DNA of 64,000 nt from Callorhinchus milii. Taxonomy: Eukaryota. Both the position numbers and the translations under genes were made by a program. The stretch is taken from the NCBI RefSeq assembly GCF_018977255.1, contig NW_024704742.1, positions 75,828,001 to 75,892,000 of the forward strand, in the 5' to 3' direction. Below the pieces are notes generated by a model, which was not told where the DNA came from, ran no database searches, and worked only from the letters and a program-made list of their open reading frames with translations. Of this stretch, positions 51,498-64,000 are shown one piece after another (positions within the stretch are counted from its first letter, which is position 1; every line of letters starts with the position of its first letter).

Positions 51498-52965
51498 CAG
51501 CTAGGACTGTCGTGCAGTTAAGAGTTTGACTTTGTGATCAGGACGTGTTCCAAAACTCACTGATGAGCCAGACATGCTGGTCCCCTTCCAACAAAATGTT
51601 TTAGATTAGTGTGTGCCTATCCGGCTTGGGGACCCATGACTCAATACAATCAGTTCAACCCAAGCAGATCCGACTAACCAAGGAGGATATTTAGATCTTG
51701 TAATGTATTTTAAATTAACATGGAATGGGCATAGGAGACTCACTAGAATTCAAATCCTTAATCCCTGGTCCTATATTTGCCAACAAAAAAACACTTTGGT
51801 ACACTGGACAATAATTACTGTGAGGAGCTTTGGGGGGGTTTGTGCATTTTGTGTGCAATTCACCATAAAAATGCAACTTCTTCCTCTTTTCTTTGGTGGA
51901 TCCAGTACTCAACCGGTTGAGATACCTGGGCCTGATTGCAGTGTTGAGGTTCAAGCTGTAATGTGGCTTCTTGGTAGAAATCTTTCAGAAGTCGTCACCT
52001 TGTGCTTCGTGACATCAACTATCTATAATAAGCAAATGTTATTCTCTGAATCCTGTTGTATTCACTGCACTATATCACCAGGGCAATCTGAATGTAAAGC
52101 CTTTTTTTCGGTAGGGCGGCTGATCTACCTCCCAGCTTTGTTTGGGTTTTAGGAAATGAATACAGCGATCACCTGTTTGCTTGCCCAGGTTCTGGGAACT
52201 GCTAACACATTACATCACTCACCTGCCTGCCGATCGCCGTGTTATACCTGAGACGTACCTGAGCCAGGAACAGGGCTCGTATTACACTCTGACTCATCAG
52301 GGAATTAGGTCATGTTTAACCCTCAAGGGCAATGTTCCACCTGTAACTGCACCGACACACACGCAGGAAGAATGCCACTGCGATGCAATAGAGTCTCTAT
52401 TTCACAGTGACCGCAAAACTGCCCTGAAAAAAGGGAAACGTTTTATTGCACAGACCTATCAACTTAAAAGTGCATTTAGAGGCTGACTGGGATGCAAGTG
52501 TATCTGTTGAGGTGTCTCTAGTCAGGCACATTGCATTCAGCTCCCTGCAGTGCATAATACCCTCACTGGGAGTTCGTTATCCAGTGAACTCCCACTCACT
52601 CAACCCCAACACTGCAAACCTCAATCCAGTTACTAAATCGCTACACGATCGGTTTGAGAGTTTTATTGAATGACTGTGGCAACAAGAGAGGAGATCCAAC
52701 CCAAACACCAGCCAAAGTTCCCCTGCAATGATCCCAACCCATAGAGAGCACATTGCAGACCGTTATACACGAGGCGATGGGTTTAGTTGGGGTGTGCACT
52801 TGCCACTCTTTCAAGACATCTTACAAAAAAAAACTATATTTTAATGTCGGCGTCAGGACTAACAGAGAACATGTTGGCATCGCTTTTTCAAAGTACCAAA
52901 CGGTGTTGAGTAGCGATCGCAGGTACCCGGGGAGTGCGCACTGAAGGAGAGCTGGGGGGTTGCTG

Positions 52966-53364
52966 GTGAGTGACTGAGTGAGTGAGTGACTGAGTGAGTG
53001 ACTGAGTGAGTGACTGAGTGACTGAGTGAGTGAGTGAGTGAGTGAGTGACTGAGTGAGTGACTGAGTGAGTGACTGACTGAGTGAGTGACTGAGTGAGTG
53101 ACTGAGTGAGTGAGTGAGTGTGTGACTGGGTGAGTGAGAGAGTGAGTGAGTGACTGGGTGAGTGAGTGAGTGAGAGAGTGAGTGAGTGTGTGACTGGGTG
53201 AGTGAGAGAGTGAGTGAGTGTGTGAATGAGTGAGTGACTGAGTGAGTGACTGAGAGAGTGAGAGAGTGAGTGACTGAGTGACTGACTGACTGACTGACTG
53301 AGTGAGTGAGTGAATGAGTGAGTGAGTGACTGACTGAGTGAGTGACTGAGTGAGTCAGTGAGTG
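52966..53364. repeat. Mosaic tetranucleotide microsatellite (GAGT/GACT)n
   Basis: Directly visible; begins ~22 nt into ARHGEF38 intron 1. Confidence 0.97.
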
Positions 53365-53386
53365 TTTGGCGGCGGTGTCTGTGTAC

Positions 53387-53603
53387 CTTTGAGTTTGCGG
53401 CTGTACTCCGTGCGGTCGGATTGGCTCCTCCGCAAGTTGCTGCTCTTCTCCTCCTCTGCGGCCGCCGAGCTCTCGGCGATGATGGTGTCTGTCCGCCGCC
53501 GCTCCAGGATGTACAGTCTGGGTCTGAAGAAGCTCAGGTTTTTCTTCTTGGAGCCCGAGCCCTCCTTGGCCGAGGGGGCAGCGCTGTCGCCGCTGGTGTC
53601 CAT
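53387..53603 (-). CDS. ARHGEF38: ARHGEF38 coding exon 1
   Basis: MDTSGDS...LRRSQSDRTEYSRKLK; gacATGG context; donor aag|gtacac; CpG-rich. Confidence 0.93.
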
Positions 53604-53734
53604 GTCCGGCTGCCCTGCTCCAGCCTCCCGCTGACCCTGCGGCTGCCCCGATACACCGCCCCGACACTGATGTTACTGAGTTATTACTGTGACTCCGCCC
53701 AACAGCCACACACCTACCTACCACCTACCTGACA

Positions 53735-55227
53735 CTCAGTCACACACACACTCACTCAGTCACTCACTCAGTCACTCACTTAACCTGTGCAACCTTACTG
53801 CATCGCAACACACACACTCACTTAACCTGTGCAACACTCCTGCATCACAACACACACACACACACTCAACCTGTGCAACACTCCTGCATCACAACACACA
53901 CACACTTAACCTGTGCAACCTTACTGCATCACAACACACACACACTCAACCTGTGCAACCTTACTGCATCACAACACACACACACACACTCAACCTGTGC
54001 AACCTTACTGCATCACAACACACACACACACACTCAACCTGTGCAACCTTACTGCATCACAACACACACACACACTCAACCTGTGCAACCTTACTGCATC
54101 ACAACACACACACACTCAACCTGTGCAACCTTACTGCATCACAACACACACACTCAACCTGTGCAACCTTACTGCATCACAACACACACACACACTTAAC
54201 CTGTGCAACACTCCTGCATCACAACACACACACACTCAACCTGTGCAACCTTACTGCATCACAACACACACACTTAACCTGTGCAACCTTACTGCATCAC
54301 AACACACATACACACACACTCAACCTGTGCAACCTTACTGCATCACAACACACACACACACTTAACCTGTGCAACCTTACTGCATCACAACACACACACA
54401 CACTTAACCTGTGCAACACTCCTGCATCACAACACACACACACACACACTCAACCTGTGCAACCTTACTGCATCACAACACACACACTTAACCTGTGCAA
54501 CCTTACTGCATCACAACACACACACACACTTAACCTGTGCAACCTTACTGCATCACAACACACACACACTCACTTAACCTGTGCAACCTTACTGGATCAC
54601 AACACACACACACACTTAACCTGTGCAACCTTACTGCATCACAACACACACACACACACACTCAACCTGTGCAACCTTACTGCATCACAACACACACACA
54701 CACACTTAACCTGTGCAACCTTACTGCATCACAACACACACACACACTTAACCTGTGCAACCTTACTGCATCACAACACACACACACACTTAACCTGTGC
54801 AACCTTACTGCATCACAACACACACACACTTAACCTGTGCAACCTTACTGCATCACACACACACTTAACCTGTGCAACCTTACTGCATCACAACACACAC
54901 ACTTAACCTGTGCAACCTTACTGCATCACAACACACACACTTAACCTGTGCAACCTTACTGGATCACAACACACACACTCACTTAACCTGTGCAACCTTA
55001 CTGGATCACAACACACACACACTCACTTAACCTGTGCAACCTTACTGCATCACAACACACACACACATTCACTTAACCTGTGTAACACTCCTGCATCACA
55101 ACACACACACATTCACTTAACCTGTGCAACCTTACTGCATCACAACACACACACATTCACTTAACCTGTGCAACACTCCTGCATCACAACACACACACAC
55201 ACACTGTGCAACCTTACTGCATCACAA
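53735..55227. repeat. Minisatellite, roughly 35 units of ~36-46 bp
   Basis: Unit ct(t/c)aacctgtgcaaccttactgcatcaca(ac)n. Confidence 0.97.
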
Positions 55228-55724
55228 CTTCTCAAACAAACCCCAGAACCTTCTGACTACTGCACGCCCCAACTCTGCCACTTTTAATAATGGACAGAGT
55301 TGCAACGATTCCAGTTGGTATGTGCTGTACTACACTGCATGTAGCTATGCAGACAGACAGGTGTATAAGATTGCACTTAACTGACAGGATCGCACCTGGT
55401 TTCCTGCCCCCCCCCCACCCCACCCGCATTTAAAGAGATCACGTACATCCGTGTGCAAAAGAACAAGTGAGGGATCACCTTGATCATTTATTGGTGGCCA
55501 TGAATTCACATCGGTTATTTATGCTCCCCCCCAAAAAACAACAAAATTACATTTATTGAGCGCCTTTCACGTCAGGAGGACGTCCCAAAGCATTGAACAG
55601 TCAGGCAGTCCAAAAAATGTAACGGAAGTGAATTGCACTGAGCCATATTACATGTTACAGTGTGTAACAGGTTATATACAGTGGAGACTTGTGCAGAGTC
55701 TGGTGATAAGGCAGACAACAACAA

Positions 55725-56230
55725 AAACAGCAACAACTTGCACTTATATAGTGCCCTCCACGTAGGGTAACGTACTCCGCAGCTGTCTGGATGGGGGCAG
55801 GAGGAGAAACCATTTGCCGAGATGAAATGGAGATTAGTTAAGTATGACTCGAACCAAGTGAGTGCGGTCCCACTAAGGTAGATGAGGGAGGAGAGGCGGT
55901 GGAGGAGGATGGCGTGGTTGACTGTGTTGAATGTGGCAGAGAGATCACGAGGAGGCAGAGAGAGCCCTGGTCACAGAAAAAGAGGATGTTGTTTGTGACT
56001 TTGACAAGCGCTGTCTCTGTGCAAACCAGACTGCAGGGGCTCGAGGAGGGAGTGGAGCGAGAGGTGTGACTGAAGTTGACCTGCAACAATGTGTTCTGGG
56101 GCGTTGGCAAGGCAGGGAAGTTTGGAAATGAGATGGTAGTGTGAGAGATTAGAGGGATCGAGGGTGTTTTTTTTGAGGAGGGGTATGATAACAGCAGTTT
56201 TCAGGAACAGTGGAACAGAGCCTGAGGAGA
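55725..56230 (-). mobile_element. Decayed L2 RT fragment with internal deletion
   Basis: [23 protein letters not shown]. Confidence 0.8.
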
Positions 56231-59200
56231 CATCGCCCTTTCATCATTGACTGAAGAGTGGGCGTTGCCCTCCTAGTTTCCTTGTTAAACAACATGCTGT
56301 TACAAAAGCATTAGCATTACCTTGAATGCGCTTCACAGGTTGCTGTCTTTCTATTTATTTAGAAATTGATTTGTTTCATGGAAATGCATGGGAGGAGTCA
56401 AGCACCCCAGGACTCCTCACAGCCTGGAGTAATACCCACAGGTGAAACTGAAACATTGCTCGGTTAATGATTCAACTTTCCTCTGTTAATTCACCTCAGC
56501 CAGACTCAGAGGTTCCTTCAGGCCTGATTCTTCCTGATAGTGCCACTGATACTTACTACTGTATTTATATAAAGCTGTAGATATTAACGTATTAAGGTGT
56601 CAGCCTAGCTCAGTTGCTAGCACTCTTGCCTTTGAGTCAGAAGATTGTGGTTTCAACCCCATGTTGGGACTTTGAGCTCACAGTTTAGGCTGACACCCCA
56701 ATGCAATCTGAGGATGCACTGCATTCCTGGGGGTCCCGTACTCACATCAAGAGGATGCCTCAAATGGCTTCACAGGATTTATGTAAAGTGCAGTGATTGT
56801 GTTTTGTGGGCGAATACAGCACCTTGGGACGTCCTCCTGATGCGAAAGGCGCTATACAAATGTAAATTGTTGTGTTGCACACAACAGTGTCTCGCAAACA
56901 GCCATGGCGTGAATGACCAATATGATTTGGGGGATTGTTAGCCAGGATACCAGGAGAAACAACCTTTTCTTGTTGAATAGTGCCATGGTATCTTTAACAT
57001 CCACCTGAAGAGGCAGACCGGACCTCAGTTGAACAGCTCATCCCAAGGACGGCACCTCCATCAATGCAGCACAGTTAGAGGTGGGCAATGTTATGTAGAT
57101 GGGGGAAAGCTGAACGAATCAGGCAGTGGGGAAGTGAAGGACAATTGAGGGTCAAACAAGGTGAGGTTCTGCATCAGCTCCGCAAAGTGGAGTGTAGGTT
57201 GATGCTGTCAGTGCCTGAGACGAAAAGACGCGGACTGGAGCCAAGCAGGAGAGCCTTGGTTTTGTCTAACTTAAACCAAGAGAAACCCACGAGCTTCCCG
57301 CCCAGAGGCAACTGAACCAAACTGGCGCACATATCTTGCTAATGCACATGCTTAAGCTCATACGTAAGGAACAATCATGCCAAGGTACTAGAGGGTGGCC
57401 AGTGCCTGTGTAACTGTACCATAGCAGGAGATGCTGCCTGGAGGAGAGGAGGGAAAAAGAACTTTCATTTGGGAATTTTTATTAACCCAAAACGTTACCT
57501 ATTGATGTAGGGCAATACCTATCAATGTTTCCATGATAGAGTTACACAGTTACACAAGGATGTGATAAACTGCTATATCAAATGCAAGGATTATTATTAT
57601 ATTAAGTTGTTCTAGTTTGAAATCTTCAAGACTGCGATCAAATATTTATCTCCAGTTGGCGTGCTTCTCAATTTATGCACCTTGACAGCATATCAAGTAT
57701 TAGCCTTACTCAGAGCTTCCCAGTTAATCTCACAAGGTCTCTGTGGAAAAATGTAAAACACAGCTGAAAGTGTACTTTGTAGCTGCACTTAAAACAATAA
57801 TACTAATCCTTACATTTGATGTAGCACCTTTCATGGCAGGAGGAAGTCCCGAAGAGCTTCACAGGATATATCATAAAGCGCAGCACTCCATTTTAATTTA
57901 GTGTGTAAAATTATTTTTCTAATTTCCCCACCATTATTTGCCTTTCTGCTCATGATCTGGCCTCCTCTTGCTGAGGTGTGGTTCTTACCTGGAAACAGAT
58001 ACAAGGCAAATTGTAAGAGATAATAAAAGATTAATTTAGTGATTTTCTTTTGAAGATTGATGGTGTTTATCCACAATTAACTTGGCTTTGATATGAAACA
58101 ACCCAACATTTTGCCTAATGGTGCAGTGCTGTTGTAAACACTGTTTAAACATGGTCAATGTAATGAAGAAACATCAACCCGCAGATCTGAGTCACATTGT
58201 CAGCTCCACAAGCTCTTGCTCTGAGCACAACGCAACTGTACCTCAGTTCAAACATCTGGGGATAAATTGTACCTGGATAAGGATATACTTTGTTTATGTA
58301 CCGTTTCAGCTTGACTCAGTTGGTAGCACCCTTGCCTCTGAGTCAGATAGGGGCTCCAGCCCCATGTTGAGACTTTGAACTCACGTAGTCCATGCTGACA
58401 CTCCAATGCAATGCTGGGGGTGTACTGGAATGTTGTACATACTGTCCTTTGGATGAGATACTGCCCAGCCCTATGCCATGCTGGTTGCACGTTCATATCT
58501 ATGAGCTGAATGAGCTGAACTGTGGCAGCATTTAGGATATTACTATAATCCGACTTCCAAGACCTCTGGATTAGACAGGTAGACAATTAACTAGAACTCT
58601 CACTTCTGATCGCTATTCTGACCTCCTCTCTCCCAGATTGGGCATTGACATAAGATGAGGACAGCATCAGACTTGACTATGATGCCATTATTCAATGGTT
58701 TACCAACGTCACTGCCAACGGCCCCTTCAAAAAAGGAAGAGTTTCTCCCAGTGTCGTCACTAACAATCCTCCACACAAATTGGTCATTCACTTCATTGCT
58801 ATTTGTGGAATGTTGCTGTTACAAATGACTGTTAGATCGTCCTACAGATACACAATTACTACATTCAGCAGCAGCAGCAATTACCTGTGAAGAGCTTTTA
58901 ATAACAATAATTCTTGCAATAATCCTCTCATCGTTGAGATGTCTCAACGCGCTTTACAGAATATACTGTATATTTTGTGGGTGAAACGCAGCAGCCAATT
59001 GCGCACAGCAGTGTCCCACAAACAGTCGTTGATTGAGTGACCAAATTATTATTTTTTAATTTGAAGAAAGCAATCCACCAATCGATTAACAACCGTGTTC
59101 TATTTACTGCTAGATAAATAGAGGTGTGTGGAGTAAGGAAATTCGTCCATTTTATCTTGATAAAATGCTTTAAAAATGAAGTTCTTTCTAAATGGCTGTG

Positions 59201-59649
59201 TTTCCACCTGTCTAAACAAGGGGGCAATTGTTACGCCTTGTCACATTGTCACGTCCTACCTGCTGAGGCATAGTATTTTATTTATTCCACTCCCCCCTTC
59301 TCCCTGGTCCTCCCATTTTATTCTGAACAAAATATGAGATATTTCTTTTTCAGTCAAGGAGATGAAAGTTATGTTTGAAATGTAAGTTCACACTTGTATA
59401 TTTAAAAGAAGAAATGCTGCGGTCACTTTGCATAAATAAATTGTGAGAAAGAAACAGACACACAATTCACAGCACTCCTCCTTCCTCAAGACTGACTGTG
59501 TGCTCTTCACAGGTAAAGTCTATATGCAACAGTGACTCACTATAGGATAAACATGTCATGTCAATTGTAACACTGACATTAGTGTGTCAGCCTGGCTCAG
59601 TTGGTAGCACTCTCGCCTCTAAGTCAGAAGGTTGTTAAACTCAAATAGT

Positions 59650-60317
59650 GGAGTCCTGTAGCTCAGTGGTTAGAGCACTCGCTTTGCAAGTGGGACACCT
59701 GGGTTCAATTCCAGGCAGAGCGAAACCTTGGGCAAGTTTCCTTACTCCACACGCCTAATAATAATCCCTGCAAAAAACCAAAAACAATAATAAATTGGTC
59801 ATTTTCAATCTACGATTGTTTGTGGGACATTGCTGTGCGCAATTGGCTGCCGCGTTCGCCCACAAATATACAGTCAATTCACTTTACAGCATATTCTGTG
59901 AACCGCTTTGAGACGTCAAGAAGACGTGAAAAGCACTATATCAAATGAAAGGATTATTATTATTATGATGATGATGATGATTATGATTATCGAGTCCTGT
60001 AGCTCAGTGGTTAGAGCACTCGCTTTGCAAGCGAGAGACCTGAGTTCAATTCCAGGCACAGGGCAAAACCTTGGGCAAGTTTCCTTACTCCACACGCCTA
60101 ATAATAATCCCTCCAAAACAAAAAAAATACAATAATAAATTGGTCATTTTCAATCTACGACTGTTTGTGGGACATTGCTGTGCGCAATTGGCTGCCGCGT
60201 TCGCCCACAAATATACAGTCAATTCACTTTACAGTGTGTTCTGTGAAGCGCTTTGGGACGTCCTCCCGACATGAAAAGCGCTATATCAAATGCAAAGATT
60301 ATTATTATTATTATTAT
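59650..60317 (+). mobile_element. Two head-to-tail young tRNA-SINEs (59650-59975, 59992-60317)
   Basis: Two full copies, each with A/B boxes and (tta)n tail. Confidence 0.93.
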
Positions 60318-63165
60318 AGTCTAAGCTGACATTCAATGAAGTGCTGGGAGTTGGTGCTGTCCTTTGGAGAAGACATTTAATTCAAGGACCCATCTGCCTA
60401 TTCAGGTGGACATTAAAGATCCCATGGCACTATTTGAAAAGAGAAGAGAGTTTCTGCTGGGGTCCTGGACAACAATCCCCCATATTAAATTGTTCACCTG
60501 TTTCATGGCTATTTGTGGAACATTGCTGTATGCAATTGTGCTGCTGCGTATTTGTAGTCAAATATTGTGAATTTTATTTCACATTAAATCCTGTAAAGCG
60601 CTTTGAGACATCCTTCCAACCTGATAAAGTGCTATACCAAATGCAAGTATTGTTATTATTATTATTATCACTACTACTTTGGAACTGTTGTGCCACAAAT
60701 GGAATCTACATTGCAACGTTTTGTTTAAAATGTATATTTTTGCAGATCCAGAACATTTTTTTTACACTGTTAGCAACATTCTTTTTAACATCCTTCAAAG
60801 TCAGGTGTTCTGCCCTGCACCTAACTGCACCTGACTCCTTTGTGAAGTATAATTTGCAACAAGCAAACAATACAAATACCTCCATTCAAAGGCACATCAG
60901 AAAGATCAAATACAGAGATAGGTTAAGTGAGACAGTGGCATGTAATTTGAGACTGATAGGAAATGGGTGGAGGAACCAGGTATGTAGTCAGACCAAAATC
61001 CATGTTACCTGCCACTTTTTTTTGGCAATGTGACAGTATTTGGTAAATTTATTCAAATGAATAATTATGGGCAGATTGGTGTTCAATATCAGGGATTCAA
61101 TTTACTATTTCAAACAGAAGGTATGGTCAGATTGGCAAACCTGTTTTAAGGAAAAAACATTCTAAATCCACAACTCCAGGATCATTGAACTTACCAACAA
61201 TAATAAAAGCAATAACAATCCTTACATCTGATATAGGGTCTTATTTATTACATTGATATGTCTCAAATTCCTTCACTGAGTTTTATGTAAAGTGTAGTGA
61301 TTGTGTATTTGTAGACAAACAAGTGGAGAGTAACCCTCCAATGTTGCCAACCCATGAAATTGGGTCAAGTCTTCAGTTGATTTAGATTTGGAAACCAAAA
61401 TGTTGCTCACTGTGTAAAAAAAATCTGCAAAAACGGGCATTTTAAACATCTGAAAAGTGAACATGGGGTTCACTTTTGAATCCCAGAAACCCCAAACTAT
61501 AGGTCACGGTATACTTAACCATCCTTTCTGTCCCCCACCCCACCAGCACACCTTCCCCAATTTTCAACTTTCTGAATTTGCTACCTCATACTCAGTCCAG
61601 TACATGTTCCACATACACTATCTGAGCTGTAACTCTAATCCTATGTATGTATCCCTAACCCTACTGTGGAGCTGAGACAGTGAATATTGGCGGACATTTA
61701 TCTAAAACTGTCCTGATCTCACCAGTATCTGTACAGATGCACTTTCCACAGGGTCTTGGACAGGGGCGAGGACACTAAGTGATTTTGTTGCCTCCCATCT
61801 TACCCTGCGGGTGCTCAACAACAACAACAAATTAAACTTGTATAGTGTCCTTCACATCGGAAAGACATCCCAGGGTGCTGGACAATCAGGGGTTGGGGTC
61901 AGAAGGGGAGGAAGGTAGGGGGGTGAGGGTGGGAGGGTGGCCGAAGGCACGGTTGAAGAGGAATGTCTTCAGACGGGACTTGAAGGAGACAAGAGAGGAG
62001 GTGAGGCAGAGGGATTGTGGAATAGAGTTCCAGAGTGTGGGGGCAGAGATGCTGAATGCCTGACCACCAATGGTTGGTGTACTCAGACCAATTGTTAGCT
62101 TGTTCTGTTGATTTTTAAAATAATTTTATTGCTTTGCACAGACAAGCTGAAAATTTAAGGATTACTTTAAGTCTAAAAATGTTCTGAGGACATCAGATAT
62201 CAGTAACCTTGAGCCATGCTCACTTCTTGATCTCTTTCCTATTTGGCAACAGTTTTTAGAGGTGCATTTTATCTAGTTTTTAGCATTAACTAACCAGGAG
62301 GTGGTCACTGCTCTGTCAAGGCAGATATGGACCCAATGAAGACATAAGCACAGTACATAGATTGAAGACTTATTAGTGAAGGAACTGCCCAATGTGGGAT
62401 TGAGCACTAGCCCAGGAAGGTCACAAATTCTATTGTGGGTCTGCAGTAAGTTAGCTGAGCTCAACTGAGGTGGCAGTTGGGTTGCCACAAATGGGAATAA
62501 CAGCTCAGAATTAAGGAAAAGAGAAATGGGCCAGGTTTCCATCTCTGGATTGCTATCTAGTAATCCCTGCTAGAGAGTTCACAAGTGTGGGTATAATAAT
62601 AATCCTTGCATTTGATATAGCGCCTTATCCCATTGTTGAGACATCTTAAAGTGCTTCACAAAATCTTTTGTAAAGTGAATTTTGTGGGCAAAACGCGGCA
62701 GCCAATCGAACACAGAGGTGTCCCACAAACAGTTGTGGATTGAGTGACCAAATGTTTTTTTTAAGGGATTATTACCCCAGGCTAAGCGAACCGCCAGTCA
62801 ACCAGGTTCCTACTTACTGCTAGGCAAACAGAGGTAGGGAGTAAGGAAACTTGCCTTATATTTCTCCCCGCCCAGGAATCAAACCCGGGCCCTTTTGTTT
62901 GTGAGTGCTCTAACCACTAAGCTTTGGGACATCCTCCCGACGTAAAAGGCATTATACAAATGTAATTTTGTTGTTTATTTATTTGTTTATTTGTTTGTAC
63001 AGGACTCCACAATGGACAGGAGGCTGTGGTACACCCCACAGACGAGTGACTTACTGATTCCAAGGCTCACACATGAAGATTTATTGTTCAGGTAAGATAT
63101 TGGAAGGCAGTCAGTCAATGCCAATGGAAATGTACCACAACACACGTCGCTCAGGAAAGCAGAAG

Positions 63166-63790
63166 AGAGGAATTTCCCTAAATAAATTAATTAATACTTT
63201 TTTGCCCAACACACAATTGGTGTCATCAGGAAGGAGCAGATTGGCTTCCGTTCTCATAACTAATGTATGGGACAGGTTGTAGCTTTATATGAGATTGCAG
63301 AAAGTCACTAAGGCTATGGGGAAACCCACCTATGTTTTGTTCATTGATTTTCATAGGGTGTTCGACAGAGTGCCTCATGAAGTCCTCATGATAAAACAGA
63401 AAGGCATAGGAATACATAGCCAAATCTTGGATTTTATCCGGAATGTGTATTCCAGTTATAAAATCCATGTAAGGGTCGACAGTGGATTTACTGAGACTAT
63501 CCCTCCTGAAAGTGGGGTAAGGCAAGGCTGCCCATTGTCACCCACCCACCTTGATGTTTTCGTCAATGACATGTTGGGTGGCATTGAGGGGGTCGGAATT
63601 GTTGCATCTGAACCAAGCATTTCTGACAGGATTGCGGTGCTTCAGTTTGCAGATGATATTGTGCTGCTGGCAGACTCACCTGGGGATCTTATGCACTGCA
63701 CCTGTCATCTTGAACACTGGGGCAACCATTGGGGCATGATGGTGAGGGCCCCCAAGTGCGGAATCATGGTTCTGCAAGGCTTAAGAGAAG
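63166..63790 (+). mobile_element. Degraded non-LTR retrotransposon reverse transcriptase, not L2/CR1 type
   Basis: RGISL (63166), KEQIGFR..*CMGQVVALYEI (63231, other frame), FIDFHRVFDRVPH, GVRQGCPLSP, LQFADD, WGNHWGM..APKCGIM. Confidence 0.88.
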
Positions 63791-64000
63791 ACATCGGGGG
63801 AATTCCTTGGCATCTGTCCCAATTGTTGATTCTTGGCAGGATCTCAGGGTAATGGTGGGTACCTACACTTGCCTGGATACTGTCCATGACAGTCAATCTG
63901 CACACAGCAATGTCCCACAAACAGCCATGAAATAAATGGCTAATATATCTGGGGAATCATTGGAAAGAACTCTGGCTAAACTTGATTCTTGTTTTGAATA

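Larger units (their letters stand above)
14012..53603 (-). other. ARHGEF38: ARHGEF38 (Rho guanine nucleotide exchange factor 38; DH, BAR, two SH3), complete CDS in 14 exons, 806 aa
   Basis: Exon lengths 217+185+124+148+18+200+134+105+123+339+159+199+284+186=2421 nt, all GT-AG, phases consistent; recognisable motifs [44 protein letters not shown]-terminal GYVPANHLGRMSYA. Confidence 0.96.

Noticed and set aside
52888..53724. 278-aa minus-strand ORF with (SLTH)n
   Set aside because: Alternative frame over exon 1 running into the microsatellite
53718..53733. Donor-like cag|gtaggt upstream of the ARHGEF38 ATG
   Set aside because: Lies in a simple (ggta)n-like tract; no evidence for an upstream exon
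53689..55384. 405-aa and overlapping His/Thr/Cys-rich ORFs; array superficially like CRISPR
   Set aside because: Translations of a minisatellite; the between-unit sequence is just (AC)n, with no unique spacers and no cas genes in a vertebrate context
59992..60065. tRNA-Ala(TGC)-like sequence (also other SINE heads)
   Set aside because: No acceptor-stem pairing; continues directly into SINE body; multi-copy
60341..61033. 230-aa ORF
   Set aside because: First half is SINE sequence; no recognisable domain or splice support
61453..61477. 10-bp stem hairpin aaaagtgaac/gttcactttt
   Set aside because: Too short to interpret alone; probably part of an old repeat

Overview
Vertebrate genomic DNA; the repeat content (Deu-domain tRNA-SINEs, L2 and CR1 LINEs, Penelope-type end) suggests a cartilaginous fish, possibly a chimaera (inference). 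Two spliced genes lie head-to-tail on the minus strand. The first is a complete 14-coding-exon ARHGEF38 (DH-BAR-SH3-SH3 RhoGEF; ATG 53603, stop 14012; 2421 nt CDS, 806 aa; includes an 18-nt micro-exon; poly(A) signal near 11785). The second is the 5' part (4 coding exons) of an ABCG2-like transporter that runs off the left edge. All coding junctions were read by hand, are GT-AG and phase-consistent. Introns are full of SINEs and LINE fragments, often nested, and long minisatellites sit at the 5' end of both genes. The most unusual items are a ~180-bp Penelope/retrozyme-like insert with a minimal hammerhead-ribozyme motif between 13-bp direct repeats (37037-37239) and a degraded reverse transcriptase (63166-63790) unlike the local L2/CR1 families. 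No database search was possible, so family names and novelty are unverified. Repeat boundaries are approximate.
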